From: Bacillales bacterium UBA1744
GTDB lineage: Bacteria > Bacillota_I > Bacilli_A > RFN20 > CAG-826
Length of the DNA stretch: 57,329 nucleotides
Direction: 5' to 3'
NCBI GenBank assembly: GCA_002314915.1
Contig: DCHU01000081.1
Span: 300 to 57,628, forward strand
The number at the start of each line of letters is the position of its first letter. Position 1 is the stretch's first letter. Below are positions 9,063-18,911 of this stretch, piece after piece. A model generated the notes under the pieces. The model did not search any database, was not told the origin of the DNA, and saw only the letters and a program-made list of their open reading frames with translations. Made by a program: the position numbers and the translations under genes.

Positions 9063-10225
9063 GTAAAACCAGTTTTAAGAACTTCCTTAAGTTAATGCCG
9101 ATGCGCAAAGAGAAGGTGGATGAGGCTCAAAACACTCCAAAGGAATATTCATTCGTCGGCAACACGATCGCTCGCATAAATCACCCTAAGGTCCAACATG
9201 TAATCATTACGAACGTTGAGGATGTGGCTAACGGCATGAAGAGATACACATTTTCTCCCGACACGGAATTAGGAACGGAGTCACTTGCGCCATTTACGTC
9301 TGGACAATATGTTTCCGTTAAGTATCAAATCGGAAACGTTAGAACAACAAGACCATATTCGCTCTGCTCATCAAATGGAGAATACCAAATCGCCATCAAG
9401 AAAGATCCTAATGGACTTACATCATCATATGTATTTGATAATTGGTCCATCGGAACAAAAGTGGATATATCTGCTCCAGAGGGTTGGTTCTGTTATCAGC
9501 CTGTAAGGGACTTCAAGAATGTTGTTGCCTTGGCGGGTGGCAGTGGAATAACCCCATTCCTGTCATTGGCAAAGACGATTAAAGAGGGCAAAGTAGACAT
9601 AAACCTAACCCTTATTTACGGATGCCGAAACAGAAGCGAAATTGCCTTCAAGGATGAATTCGATTCAATCGCTTCCTCGTGTCCTAATTTCAAAGTGGTG
9701 TATGTACTAAGCGATGAGGAAGCGGAAGGCTATCCACATGGTTTCATAACCAAAGAAATTATTAAAGATAACGCATCAGATTTCGATAACACCTCATTCT
9801 TTGTCTGCGGGCCAAAGGCTATGTATAACGCCGTCTTGAAAGACTTAAGGGACATGGGTATAAATAGGCGTCATATAAGGTGCGAACTCTTTGGAGAAAC
9901 GCATGATATTAAAGAATTCTCTGATTGTCCTCAAAACGTCCAAAAAGCGGTAGAAATCACAGTAAAGATACAAGATCGGGTGTATAAAGTAGTGGCAGAT
10001 ACCTCAAAAACGATTTTGCGTAACTTAGAGGACGCCGGAATAGCTGTATTGAGCAAATGCCGCAGCGGTGTTTGCGGATTCTGCCATTCATCGCTAGTTG
10101 AAGGAAGTGTCTATATACCAAAGGCAATGGATGCCCTAAGAGAGGCGGATAAGCTATACAACCAAATCCATCCCTGCAGCGCATTCGCACTGAGCGATAT
10201 AACGATAATCGTTGCAAAGGCATAA
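9059..10225 (+). CDS. Ferredoxin-NAD(P)H reductase with C-terminal [2Fe-2S] domain (Hcr/PaaE architecture)
   Basis: RPYSL FAD motif, AGGSGITPF, CGP, CRSGVCGFC...C cluster motif; ATGA overlap with the upstream gene. Confidence 0.88.
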   Translation: MSKTSFKNFLKLMPMRKEKVDEAQNTPKEYSFVGNTIARINHPKVQHVIITNVEDVANGMKRYTFSPDTELGTESLAPFTSGQYVSVKYQIGNVRTTRPYSLCSSNGEYQIAIKKDPNGLTSSYVFDNWSIGTKVDISAPEGWFCYQPVRDFKNVVALAGGSGITPFLSLAKTIKEGKVDINLTLIYGCRNRSEIAFKDEFDSIASSCPNFKVVYVLSDEEAEGYPHGFITKEIIKDNASDFDNTSFFVCGPKAMYNAVLKDLRDMGINRRHIRCELFGETHDIKEFSDCPQNVQKAVEITVKIQDRVYKVVADTSKTILRNLEDAGIAVLSKCRSGVCGFCHSSLVEGSVYIPKAMDALREADKLYNQIHPCSAFALSDITIIVAKA

Positions 10226-10262
10226 GAAAAAGTGGTCACCAGGCGATGACCACTTTCTTTTT
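10224..10262. terminator. Bidirectional terminator between convergent genes
   Basis: AAAGTGGTCA...TGACCACTTT flanked by A- and T-runs. Confidence 0.8.
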
Positions 10263-13182
10263 ACTGTTTAGGATTTGCTTTTTTGTATTTTCTCGATTTG
10301 AGAACCCACATTGCTAAGCATCCGACAAAGCTGAATGAGAAGATGATTGTGAGTGCGGTTGGAACTGAAACGATCTTTGCTGCTCTAACAGCGACCTTTG
10401 TTTCCGCTCCAATGCCGTTCATAGCAGCACTGTTAACGATATTGTATGCGTTGTATTTTGAGGCTTCCTGCAATCCAGAGATGAACTCTGCATCGCCTTT
10501 GGCTTTGACCATATGCTTTTCAGGTACCTTCATCATTGCATCATATAACGATGTTCCAGCGAGGACTCCATCGACTCCGTTCATATAACCGAAGTATGCG
10601 TTATCGGTGATATTGAATCCCGTTGATCCCCATTCTCCACGGAAGACGTTTCTCATGAGGTTCGTGTGAGCGCCGCACCATGTAGCTCCGATTCTTGAGT
10701 AGGAGTTCATAACGCCCGCTCTATTGTCTTCCTCGATGATCCTCTGGAATGGCTTGAGGTAGATTTCTCTTAATGTCTGCTCATTTGCCCAGGTACCAAG
10801 TCCTCCACGGTTCTCTTCGCAGTCATTGACAACGAAGTGCTTCATCTCAACAGAGACTCCCTTATCAAGAATAGCTTTGTCTTGGTGTAATGCGATATAT
10901 GAGGCTAAGACTGGATCTTCAGAGTAGTACTCAAAGTTTCTTCCTCCATATGGAGTTCTGTGAGTGTTGTTCCCAGGTCCATATAATCCTGTAATTCCGT
11001 CGAGTAAGCAGTCGTTACCCATACATCTTCCGACTTCTTTTGCGATGTCGACATTATATGTTGCCGCAAGGACGTCACATGATGTGATAGCCATAGCATC
11101 AAAGCTGCCCATTCCGAAGAATCCGGTGTATCCCTGAGGACCGTTTTCTTGTCTTGTTTGAGGTAACTGCAGTGATTTGACGCCGTATGTTACATGGAAT
11201 CCGTTTGCAACAAAGTTTATTAACTCATCAATGCTCATCTGCTGGATGAATTCATCCCACTTTGCGTCATCGAATTCTACGCCTATCATGTCATAGGCTT
11301 TAATGCCTGCCTTGACGCCTGTTTTTGGCATAAGTGATTTTGGTGATTTTGCGTTTTGATGAACCTGCAAAGCAAGGTCAGCGAGAAGTGGACTTGTTAG
11401 GCCAAGTTTAACTGAATCAGTTGGTAGTGTGCCTGTCCAGTCATTTCTTGAAACATATTTGAAGGTATCCTTAACTGAGCTTCCTTCATATAGTGTAAGG
11501 TCCGCCTTATCGAATTGATTCTCGATTTTAGTCCCATTTTTACTCTTAGAGTAATCAAGGGTTTCAGCTGATGCAAACAGTTCGATGTGTGTTTTCACTT
11601 TGCTGATTGGTGAACCGATGGCGTCGCTTCTTGAATTCAAAATATCTTTTGTTCTAATGATATTGTTGATTGCTTCATGCGACCCATCCGCAACGGTGAA
11701 GTAATAAGTTCCGTTTTCATAGATGTACGTCTTTTTGTTATATGCATCGTATGAAGCTAGGTCCCTCTTATCCACCGAGATTGTTTTTGTCTTGGTTTCT
11801 CCAGGCGCTAATTCAACCTTATCAAAGGCTGCAAGCATTACAGAGGACTTCTCGATATGGTTCTCTTTGTCATAATCCGTATATGGTGTCTGAGCATAAA
11901 CCTGAATGGTATCCTTACCTGCAACTGTACCGGTATTTTCAACCTTAACAGTAACCTCGAATGTGCTATCAGTTTCTTCTAAGTCTGTGATGGACTCTTT
12001 GAACGTTGTGTAGTTAAGGCCATATCCGAATGGGAACGCAACTTCATCGGAATATTTGTATGTACCTGCGTTTCCTTTTTCTAGGCAGTAATCTTCATAT
12101 CTTGTTTCGAAGTATCTATAGCCAACGTAGATGCCTTCTTGGTATACGACATAGTTCTGCTGCATGTTGTTAAGCTTTGCATCTTCGGCACCGCCATAAA
12201 CTTGTGTCTTGAAGTTCTTCATTGCTGGAGCGGCAAAGTTGTCATAGCAGAATGTGTCTGGTAAGCATCCTGACGGATTAACCGCGCCAACGAGAATGTC
12301 TGCAACAGCGTTGATGCCGGTTGATCCAACGCCGCCGATCCATAGAGTTGCATCAACCCCATATCTATTGTCTTTTAAGAAATCCAATTGGATTGCATTT
12401 GATGAGTTGAGTAAAACGACGATTTTTTTAATCTTTCCATCATCTTTCAAAGACTTGATATGGAGCATCATCTCCTTTTCATTATCATCTAATGCGAGGT
12501 AGTTTGGATTGGTAACAAGGTCAGCTCCTTCTCCACCAACACGTGAGATAACAACTATTGCTGCATCGCCATATTCTTCGACACTCTTAAGCGTTGTTTC
12601 ATCATAGATGGACCATGGAGCCTCTCCTGTGCCTGAACTTGATCCATCGAACATGGAACTGGATTTGCGGTTGTATTTTTTGGCAGCGCCTGTTTTGTAG
12701 AAATCCCAAAGGGTTTCGTTTACCTTGAAACCGGAGTCTTCTAATGCGGTTTTTAGGGTAGGAGCCTTGGAAACGTCGACAGCAGCGGAACCTGTACCGC
12801 CATAAACAAGGTTAACTGAGCTAGTTGAGAAGCAACTTACTTTTGAACCGTTTGCAAGAGGCAATGCATTTGCTTCATTTGTGAGAAGTGTTGCGCCTTC
12901 TGCTTCGATTTGCTCAACGAGCTCGTTCTCATGCTTGATTCTTGCCTCATCTTCTTTGAGGTCTGCATCAACGTCAAAATAAATAGCTGAACTATCTTTT
13001 TTCTTGAGTGTGCTAGTTGAGTCTCCTCCCAAACAAATAAAAGGGTTTGGTGCATAATTACCTATCGCAAGAACTCCTGTGGATATCGCTAGGAATACAC
13101 CCGATAAAATGGTTAGACCATTAAAAGGACGAATGGATTTCCTCAGTCCCTTCTTCCAGATTTTCTTTTCTTCTTTATTCAT
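10261..13182 (-). CDS. GH3 beta-glucosidase, domain-permuted, with membrane anchors at both ends
   Basis: EGIYVGYRYFET and FPFGYGL (GH3 C/Fn3) precede HRTPYGGRNFEYYSEDP, KHF and ITD (GH3 N barrel); hydrophobic segments at both termini. Confidence 0.9.
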   Translation of the reverse strand: MNKEEKKIWKKGLRKSIRPFNGLTILSGVFLAISTGVLAIGNYAPNPFICLGGDSTSTLKKKDSSAIYFDVDADLKEDEARIKHENELVEQIEAEGATLLTNEANALPLANGSKVSCFSTSSVNLVYGGTGSAAVDVSKAPTLKTALEDSGFKVNETLWDFYKTGAAKKYNRKSSSMFDGSSSGTGEAPWSIYDETTLKSVEEYGDAAIVVISRVGGEGADLVTNPNYLALDDNEKEMMLHIKSLKDDGKIKKIVVLLNSSNAIQLDFLKDNRYGVDATLWIGGVGSTGINAVADILVGAVNPSGCLPDTFCYDNFAAPAMKNFKTQVYGGAEDAKLNNMQQNYVVYQEGIYVGYRYFETRYEDYCLEKGNAGTYKYSDEVAFPFGYGLNYTTFKESITDLEETDSTFEVTVKVENTGTVAGKDTIQVYAQTPYTDYDKENHIEKSSVMLAAFDKVELAPGETKTKTISVDKRDLASYDAYNKKTYIYENGTYYFTVADGSHEAINNIIRTKDILNSRSDAIGSPISKVKTHIELFASAETLDYSKSKNGTKIENQFDKADLTLYEGSSVKDTFKYVSRNDWTGTLPTDSVKLGLTSPLLADLALQVHQNAKSPKSLMPKTGVKAGIKAYDMIGVEFDDAKWDEFIQQMSIDELINFVANGFHVTYGVKSLQLPQTRQENGPQGYTGFFGMGSFDAMAITSCDVLAATYNVDIAKEVGRCMGNDCLLDGITGLYGPGNNTHRTPYGGRNFEYYSEDPVLASYIALHQDKAILDKGVSVEMKHFVVNDCEENRGGLGTWANEQTLREIYLKPFQRIIEEDNRAGVMNSYSRIGATWCGAHTNLMRNVFRGEWGSTGFNITDNAYFGYMNGVDGVLAGTSLYDAMMKVPEKHMVKAKGDAEFISGLQEASKYNAYNIVNSAAMNGIGAETKVAVRAAKIVSVPTALTIIFSFSFVGCLAMWVLKSRKYKKANPKQ

Positions 13183-13422
13183 GTGTTCTCCTTCCTCACA
13201 AGTAAAGAATTCTATCTGCTTACATTATAAGCAGGCTTTTATTCTTCTTTAAGTTAACTTTATTGTTGAATCATCACGTTGGCTTTGTCAATTTATAGGT
13301 TTATTTGAGGTTCAAAATACCTTATTATGTTCGTCTTTAAAGACGAGTTTGAAACTTTCGTCATATTTATCGAACCATAACATTCATATTTTGATAGAAT
13401 GTTAACTGCTTATAGAGAGATT

Positions 13423-14880
13423 ATGGCCACAAGAACAACGGATAAAAACGGAAAACAGAAGAAATCTGGTGCTAAAAAGTACCTTCTTTATTTCGCTTTG
13501 GTTATCGGACTAACATCCGCTTCTCTTTGTTTCTCTTTCTATTCAGCTGGAGATGGAAATATTGGTGATGGCGTTATGACAATTGGTAACGCAATCATTT
13601 CCGCAAACACGATATGGATGGCTGTAATTGGCGTACTTATGGTGCTCGTATTTGTGCTGCAGGGTTTAATTATTCAGATATTCTGCCGTTTATACACAAG
13701 ACATTACCATCTTCACCAAGGTGTTGCTAACGCCTTGGTAGGCTCTTTCTACAACAACGTTACCCCTGGATCTACTGGCGGACAGGTCATGCAGGTTTAT
13801 ACGATGAAACGTCAAGGAATAGAGGTTTCTAACGCCGCATCGATTATGGTCATGTGGTTCATTCTTTACCAATTCTCGCTCATCATTTTCGACGTTGCAG
13901 CAATCGGATTTGAATGGAACACAATCATGTCCATTAAATCAATCACAATTCCAGGATTCCAAATCGGAGAGTGGGGAGGCGAAATTCCAATGTTGCCTCT
14001 CATTGTCGTTGGCTTCGTTGTCAATATATCGGTTATTCTTTTGCTGTTCTTAATGAGTTATTCCCGTAGACTCCATAACTTCATCATGCATCACGGAATT
14101 GGCCTTGGAGCTAAACTTAAGCTCATCAAAAATCCTGATAAGATGAGGGAAAACCTCCGTGTTCAGGTCGAAAACTTCAAGATTGAATTAAGACGTTTGC
14201 AATCTAACATTCCTGTTACAATCCTTGTCATTGCTCTTTTCCTTATTGTTTGGACTATCCTTTTCTCTATTCCATACTTCGCTGGACTTGCTCTAGATGC
14301 ATTCGGATATGGATATAGGTTCAACCTTGGAAATATGTATGATTTCTGTTTCCGTTCGGCGTTCCAACAGATGGTAGCAGGTCTTGTTCCGCTTCCTGGC
14401 AATGCTGGTGTTTCTGAACTTGTTTTCGCTGCCATGTTCAATGACGTATTCGTTGAAACAATTGCCTATACCGAAGCGGGAATATCGATTGTTAGAGGAA
14501 CCTCAGGTAACGTTATGGCTGCTCAGATTATATGGAGATTCTCAACGTATTACTTTGTCCTCGTTATCTCTGGCCTTGTTGCTTCTCTTTACCATTCCAA
14601 TGTTGAGGATAATATCAAATATGCAAATATGCAGACATTTGTCGATTTGCAGATTTCCACATACGAAGATCGTAGGGCATCTTCAGATACTTTGTATGAA
14701 ACGAAACAATTGTCTCGTAAAGAAGTTAGGGCGATGCTTGGAATGACCGAGAGGAACCTGTTCCCGCAAAAAGTGGATACTTGGGCAATCGACACGGGTG
14801 ATGATTTCATTGGTCCTTTGCCGACTAAGAAAAAGAGGCCAACACGCGAAATTACGGTAGATGATTTGCGAGATGATTAA
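13423..14880 (+). CDS. Lysylphosphatidylglycerol synthase TM-like (UPF0104) flippase-domain membrane protein
   Basis: FYNNVTPGSTGGQ, VPLPGNAGVSE and IWRFSTYY motifs; multiple TM helices. Confidence 0.82.
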   Translation: MATRTTDKNGKQKKSGAKKYLLYFALVIGLTSASLCFSFYSAGDGNIGDGVMTIGNAIISANTIWMAVIGVLMVLVFVLQGLIIQIFCRLYTRHYHLHQGVANALVGSFYNNVTPGSTGGQVMQVYTMKRQGIEVSNAASIMVMWFILYQFSLIIFDVAAIGFEWNTIMSIKSITIPGFQIGEWGGEIPMLPLIVVGFVVNISVILLLFLMSYSRRLHNFIMHHGIGLGAKLKLIKNPDKMRENLRVQVENFKIELRRLQSNIPVTILVIALFLIVWTILFSIPYFAGLALDAFGYGYRFNLGNMYDFCFRSAFQQMVAGLVPLPGNAGVSELVFAAMFNDVFVETIAYTEAGISIVRGTSGNVMAAQIIWRFSTYYFVLVISGLVASLYHSNVEDNIKYANMQTFVDLQISTYEDRRASSDTLYETKQLSRKEVRAMLGMTERNLFPQKVDTWAIDTGDDFIGPLPTKKKRPTREITVDDLRDD

Positions 14881-14881
14881 T

Positions 14882-14926
14882 TTTTAGGGTAAAAAATCGA
14901 AAAAATCCGGTAGTAATTAATAGAGG
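14882..14926 (+). promoter_or_regulatory. Shared upstream element (putative alternative-sigma promoter), copy 1, before recX
   Basis: TTTTAGGG taaaaaatcgaaaaaa tccggt agtaatt aataGAGG; same spacing as the copies at 41310 and 47201. Confidence 0.65.
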
Positions 14927-14933
14927 ACATTTT

Positions 14934-15716
14934 GTGACAGGCAAAAGAGAAATAGTCGAAATCAAATTCAACAAGAAAGGACAGGCTGTCGTTCAGTTTG
15001 GAGCCGAGTCTTTAACAATACCTCCAAACGTCTTCACTAACTATTACTTATTTGAAGGCAAAGAGATATCAGAAGACGATATTAAGAAGATTAAAAAAGA
15101 GATATCAAATGAGACTCTATACAAATACGGATTGAGACTTGCTTGCAAAATGTCTTACTCAACAAAAGAAGTTCGAGATAAGTTAAACGCTAAAGGTGAC
15201 GACAAACTTGCCACCAAAGCGGTCATCAATAGGTTAAAAGAGGCCGGATTCCTTGACGATGAGAGCTATGCTCTCGAATACAAAGAGGAAAAAGAGAAAG
15301 CCTGCTTTGGAAAGAATAGAATTCTTGACGCCTTAAGATTTGATAAAGGCGTCTCCGATTCAATTATCAATTCGCTCAGGTTCAAGGATGAAGAAGAGCA
15401 TGCATCTCGCTATTTGCACGCTATCGAGAACAAGTATTCAAGAATCTCATACCAAGAGAAAAAGAGAAAAGTCCATGACTCTTTGATCAGGAGAGGATTT
15501 GATGGACATGTGGCATATTCAGTTCTTAATGAACTGACAACGAATAAGAGTGAAGAAAAGAAAAATCTCGAAAAGATTGCATTTAATACCCTAAATAAAT
15601 ACAAAGCCAAGTATAATGAGAGGGAAGCAAGACAAAAGACCTTTGAGTCTCTCATGAGAAAAGGCTATAGCAGCAAGGATATTATTAGGACGCTGGAGGA
15701 TTTAGCAAATGACTAG
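14934..15716 (+). CDS. recX: RecX family regulator
   Basis: GTG start; STKEVRDKL, LKEAGFLDDESYA, GKNRI, LIRRGF and LMRKGYS three-helix repeats. Confidence 0.85.
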   Translation: MTGKREIVEIKFNKKGQAVVQFGAESLTIPPNVFTNYYLFEGKEISEDDIKKIKKEISNETLYKYGLRLACKMSYSTKEVRDKLNAKGDDKLATKAVINRLKEAGFLDDESYALEYKEEKEKACFGKNRILDALRFDKGVSDSIINSLRFKDEEEHASRYLHAIENKYSRISYQEKKRKVHDSLIRRGFDGHVAYSVLNELTTNKSEEKKNLEKIAFNTLNKYKAKYNEREARQKTFESLMRKGYSSKDIIRTLEDLAND

Positions 15717-16656
15717 CATTAAGGAATTACAGGAAAACACACAGGTTACGACTCAGTTGCTCGTAATCAACGTTACAAAAGGCGTAACAAACCAATCAAA
15801 ACCATACATGACAATTCAGTTCCAGGATGCAACGGGAACGGTTGATGGCAAGAAATGGGACTACACAGATGAGGATGTAGCCGTATTTGTACCGGGAAAT
15901 GTTGTAGAGGTAACATGTGAAGTTATCGAGTACAAAGCCGCAAAACAGCTTAAAGTATTGAGAGGCGTTGCTGTTCCTATGGATCAGATTGACTCATCAC
16001 TCTTCGTTCCTTCTGCACCGGTTTCAAAAGAGGAACTCATCAACAAACTTACTGGCTATGTTAATTCCCTCAAAGAAGGAGACGTTAAGACAATCGTCAC
16101 CCATTTGCTCAGAAAGCATTATAAGGAATATATCGATTGGCCAGCAGCAGTTAGAAATCATCACAACTTCGTTTCGGGATTGGTGTATCATTCGCTCTGC
16201 ATGGCTGATACAGCTGAAGCCATCTGCGCTTTATACCCTTCAATCAATAGAGACATCGTTATCGGTGTTTGTTTGATTCATGACTTAGGCAAAGTCATTG
16301 AGTTATCGGGACCTGTTGCAACTAAGTTCACCCTTGAAGGAAAGCTCTTAGGTCATATTTCAATTGAGCAGGCTGAAGTAAGAGAAGCAGCTCATGAACT
16401 TGGATTAACAGGTGAGATTCCAACCCTTATGGAACATATGGTCTTATCCCATCACTCAAAGCCAGATTTTGGTTCACCAATCATGCCGCTCACAAGAGAA
16501 GCCTTAGTGGTCGCTATGGTCGATGATCTTGATGCTAAGATGAATATCTTAGATAAGGCATACGATGTCATTCAGCCAGGAGAATTCACCTCCAAACTCA
16601 TGACAATGGACGATAGATACTTCTATAAGCCACTCTACACCGCAAAAGACGAATAA
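15709..16656 (+). CDS. yhaM: 3'-5' exoribonuclease YhaM/Cbf1 (OB plus HD domains)
   Basis: KPYMTIQFQDATG, PAAVRNHH, HDLGK, LLGHI, LSHH and DDLDAKM motifs. Confidence 0.92.
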   Translation: MTSIKELQENTQVTTQLLVINVTKGVTNQSKPYMTIQFQDATGTVDGKKWDYTDEDVAVFVPGNVVEVTCEVIEYKAAKQLKVLRGVAVPMDQIDSSLFVPSAPVSKEELINKLTGYVNSLKEGDVKTIVTHLLRKHYKEYIDWPAAVRNHHNFVSGLVYHSLCMADTAEAICALYPSINRDIVIGVCLIHDLGKVIELSGPVATKFTLEGKLLGHISIEQAEVREAAHELGLTGEIPTLMEHMVLSHHSKPDFGSPIMPLTREALVVAMVDDLDAKMNILDKAYDVIQPGEFTSKLMTMDDRYFYKPLYTAKDE

Positions 16657-16664
16657 TTATTAAG

Positions 16665-16697
16665 AAAAAGCCCCAAAACAAGTCGTTTGGGGCTTTT
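16665..16697. terminator. Bidirectional terminator
   Basis: AAAAGCCCCAAA...TTTGGGGCTTTT. Confidence 0.85.
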
Positions 16698-16716
16698 AGT
16701 TTGCTTAGATTGATAC

Positions 16717-17124
16717 TTAAAGGTTGCTGTTGATTTCGTTGGCGAGAGCTTTGAAATCGATAGAAGAAGTGTCATGCTCTTTGAATGCCATGACAAGGTT
16801 CTCGTCATTACCAGTTCTTGGGATAACGTGGACATGGAAGTGGAAGACTGTTTGCCCTGCCGCTTCGTTTGCGTTAGCAAGAATGTTTACGCCTTTAGCG
16901 CCCATCTTCATGAGGGCCTTACCGATATTTCTGGCTACTTTGAATACTCTCTCAACCGTTTCATCATCTGCTTCTAAGATGTTGGCGCAGTGCTTCTTTG
17001 GGATGACCAAAGTGTGTCCTGTTGTAACCTGTGATAAATCTAAAAATGCCAAGACATCATCGTCTTCATAAACCTTTGCGCATGGGATGTCGCCATTAGC
17101 AATTAAACAAAATACGTCGCTCAT
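16717..17124 (-). CDS. hit: HIT family protein (HinT-like)
   Basis: GHTLVIPKKH and AGQTVFHFHVHVIPR histidine triad; GAGGT SD before ATG 17124. Confidence 0.93.
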   Translation of the reverse strand: MSDVFCLIANGDIPCAKVYEDDDVLAFLDLSQVTTGHTLVIPKKHCANILEADDETVERVFKVARNIGKALMKMGAKGVNILANANEAAGQTVFHFHVHVIPRTGNDENLVMAFKEHDTSSIDFKALANEINSNL

Positions 17125-17203
17125 ATAAATACCTCTTGGGAAAAGTATAAACCTTTCTTCTATATCTTTAATAATAAATACGCGCACACACGTATATAGG
17201 GAC

Positions 17204-17238
17204 AAAAAAAGAGGCAGGATTAACTGCCTCTAATTTTT
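17204..17238 (-). terminator. Intrinsic terminator after the lipoprotein pair
   Basis: Minus strand AGAGGCAG-ttaatc-CTGCCTCT plus T-run. Confidence 0.85.
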
Positions 17239-17243
17239 AGTGA

Positions 17244-18911
17244 TTAATCGTTGAAGAGATCTGGGAATGTCTCTTTGAAGTAGTGGTAAACGTGGGAGTC
17301 GTTATAGAGGACTGCCATTTCATTGACGAAGTACTTCTGAGCCTGGTTCTTCCAGGAATCATTTGAAGAGAGCATGTAACCGATCTTACGAGCGATTCTT
17401 TCTTCAGCGTTCTTGTCTGCGTCTGTGTTGTAGGAGTCAGCGCCACCAGAAATCTTTGATGACTTAACTGCTTCTTCAACTTTGCAGATGTACCATGAAC
17501 CTGACTCATAGACTGCATATGGATAGACTGTTTCGTCTTCATATGTTTCTGGAGTGAGGTAATAGTCATCTCCGACGTATGAGCCGTATTTGAACTTGAC
17601 TGCTGCGTCACCTTTGTGGTCGACTTCGTTAGCAACCTGAACCTTGAATAATCTCTTGGATAATGAGCTTGGGAGAGCTGCATCAAGTCCGCCAGATGTA
17701 TACCATCCATAAGATGATGAGTCCTTAGTAGCTAAGTTGTTTAACTTGATGTTCAAGCCAGTGTCAACTGTATAAGCACCTGAGTTTGTGAAGTCTGATC
17801 TGATTGATGATTCATCTGAGAAACGGTCGTTTGTGAGTTTCTCATACTGAGCCATGATGGCACCCTTTGCAGACTCGTTGTAGTAGTCTTTGCCGGTATC
17901 CTTTGTCCAGTGTGCCTGTTCAAGGATTGTTGTTGCCATTGCTGTTTCTTCAGCTGTGAAGTTGTCCATTGTGCCCTGGTAGATATCATCAAGGAATCTG
18001 AAGTCGTATGTTGACTGGAGGTTCTTTGGTGCATCTTCTGTACCGATGACATTTGCGCAGTATGCCTTGACTAAGTCACGGACTGCGTTTGGATAACGGT
18101 CGTTGTCAGAGATCTTTAATGTCTCAACCTTACGGGCAGCTGTTAATTTGATCTGACCATAGTTCTGAGTGTAAAGGTACTGAGCTGTTAATTCGCTGCG
18201 GTAGACATCAGCGAGAAGGTTAAGGTCGATATAGTTCTTATATGTTCCGAAGATGTCCTTGAAGTATGCATTTGTTGCATCTCCGTCTGCATCTTTCTTT
18301 CCGTCTAAGATGATCTTGCCTTCCTCAGTCCATGTTTCTGAGAGACGGAAGCCACCAACGACGAGCTTTTCAGCTTCGTTGTATGTCTTGTGTCCTGCCT
18401 CAGCTTCTGTTCTGAGATCGTGGTAGTTCTTGACCTGTGCATCGTAGAACTTCTTTTCTACGAAGTGTGATCTTGTCTGATATGCGGAGTCATTAACATA
18501 ACCAAGGAATGTTGTTCTGATTCTGTAGAGGACTTCGTTGTAGAAGATTTCAACCTTCTTTGTATCATTGTCATAAGCTTTGAGCTTAGCGATATCAGCG
18601 AGTTTAGCTGCATCTCCACCTTCAACTGCTGCCTGGATTTCCCAGAAGTCACCATAGATGGCTTTAGCATATGAGTAGAGGATGTTGTTTAAGATTTTTG
18701 AAGAGTTGGAGTCTCCTGCGTGAACGAGCGCGTCATAAATCTCTTTTAATTCATTGTTGACGATTTCATTGTCGCCAGCGATGAGAGCAGCGTTGTACTT
18801 CTCGTCTGTTGGTTTGACTTCGATGTCAGAGCATGCTGCGAGCATGGTGACTGAAGCGATTCCTGCGATGAGGGCGAGGAGTCCTTTTTTCTTGAAGTTA
18901 CTTGGTAGCAT
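17244..18911 (-). CDS. Lipoprotein, degenerate PrsA-like (P60-like partner)
   Basis: AAAGGAGG SD, lipobox LAA-C, overlaps the upstream gene by 14 nt; C-terminal YESGSWYICKV resembles the last parvulin strand. Confidence 0.7.
   Translation of the reverse strand: MLPSNFKKKGLLALIAGIASVTMLAACSDIEVKPTDEKYNAALIAGDNEIVNNELKEIYDALVHAGDSNSSKILNNILYSYAKAIYGDFWEIQAAVEGGDAAKLADIAKLKAYDNDTKKVEIFYNEVLYRIRTTFLGYVNDSAYQTRSHFVEKKFYDAQVKNYHDLRTEAEAGHKTYNEAEKLVVGGFRLSETWTEEGKIILDGKKDADGDATNAYFKDIFGTYKNYIDLNLLADVYRSELTAQYLYTQNYGQIKLTAARKVETLKISDNDRYPNAVRDLVKAYCANVIGTEDAPKNLQSTYDFRFLDDIYQGTMDNFTAEETAMATTILEQAHWTKDTGKDYYNESAKGAIMAQYEKLTNDRFSDESSIRSDFTNSGAYTVDTGLNIKLNNLATKDSSSYGWYTSGGLDAALPSSLSKRLFKVQVANEVDHKGDAAVKFKYGSYVGDDYYLTPETYEDETVYPYAVYESGSWYICKVEEAVKSSKISGGADSYNTDADKNAEERIARKIGYMLSSNDSWKNQAQKYFVNEMAVLYNDSHVYHYFKETFPDLFND

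Noticed and set aside
12751-12760. Fourth TTTTAGGG occurrence
   Set aside because: It lies inside the GH3 gene on the antisense strand, with no A-tract or downstream block.
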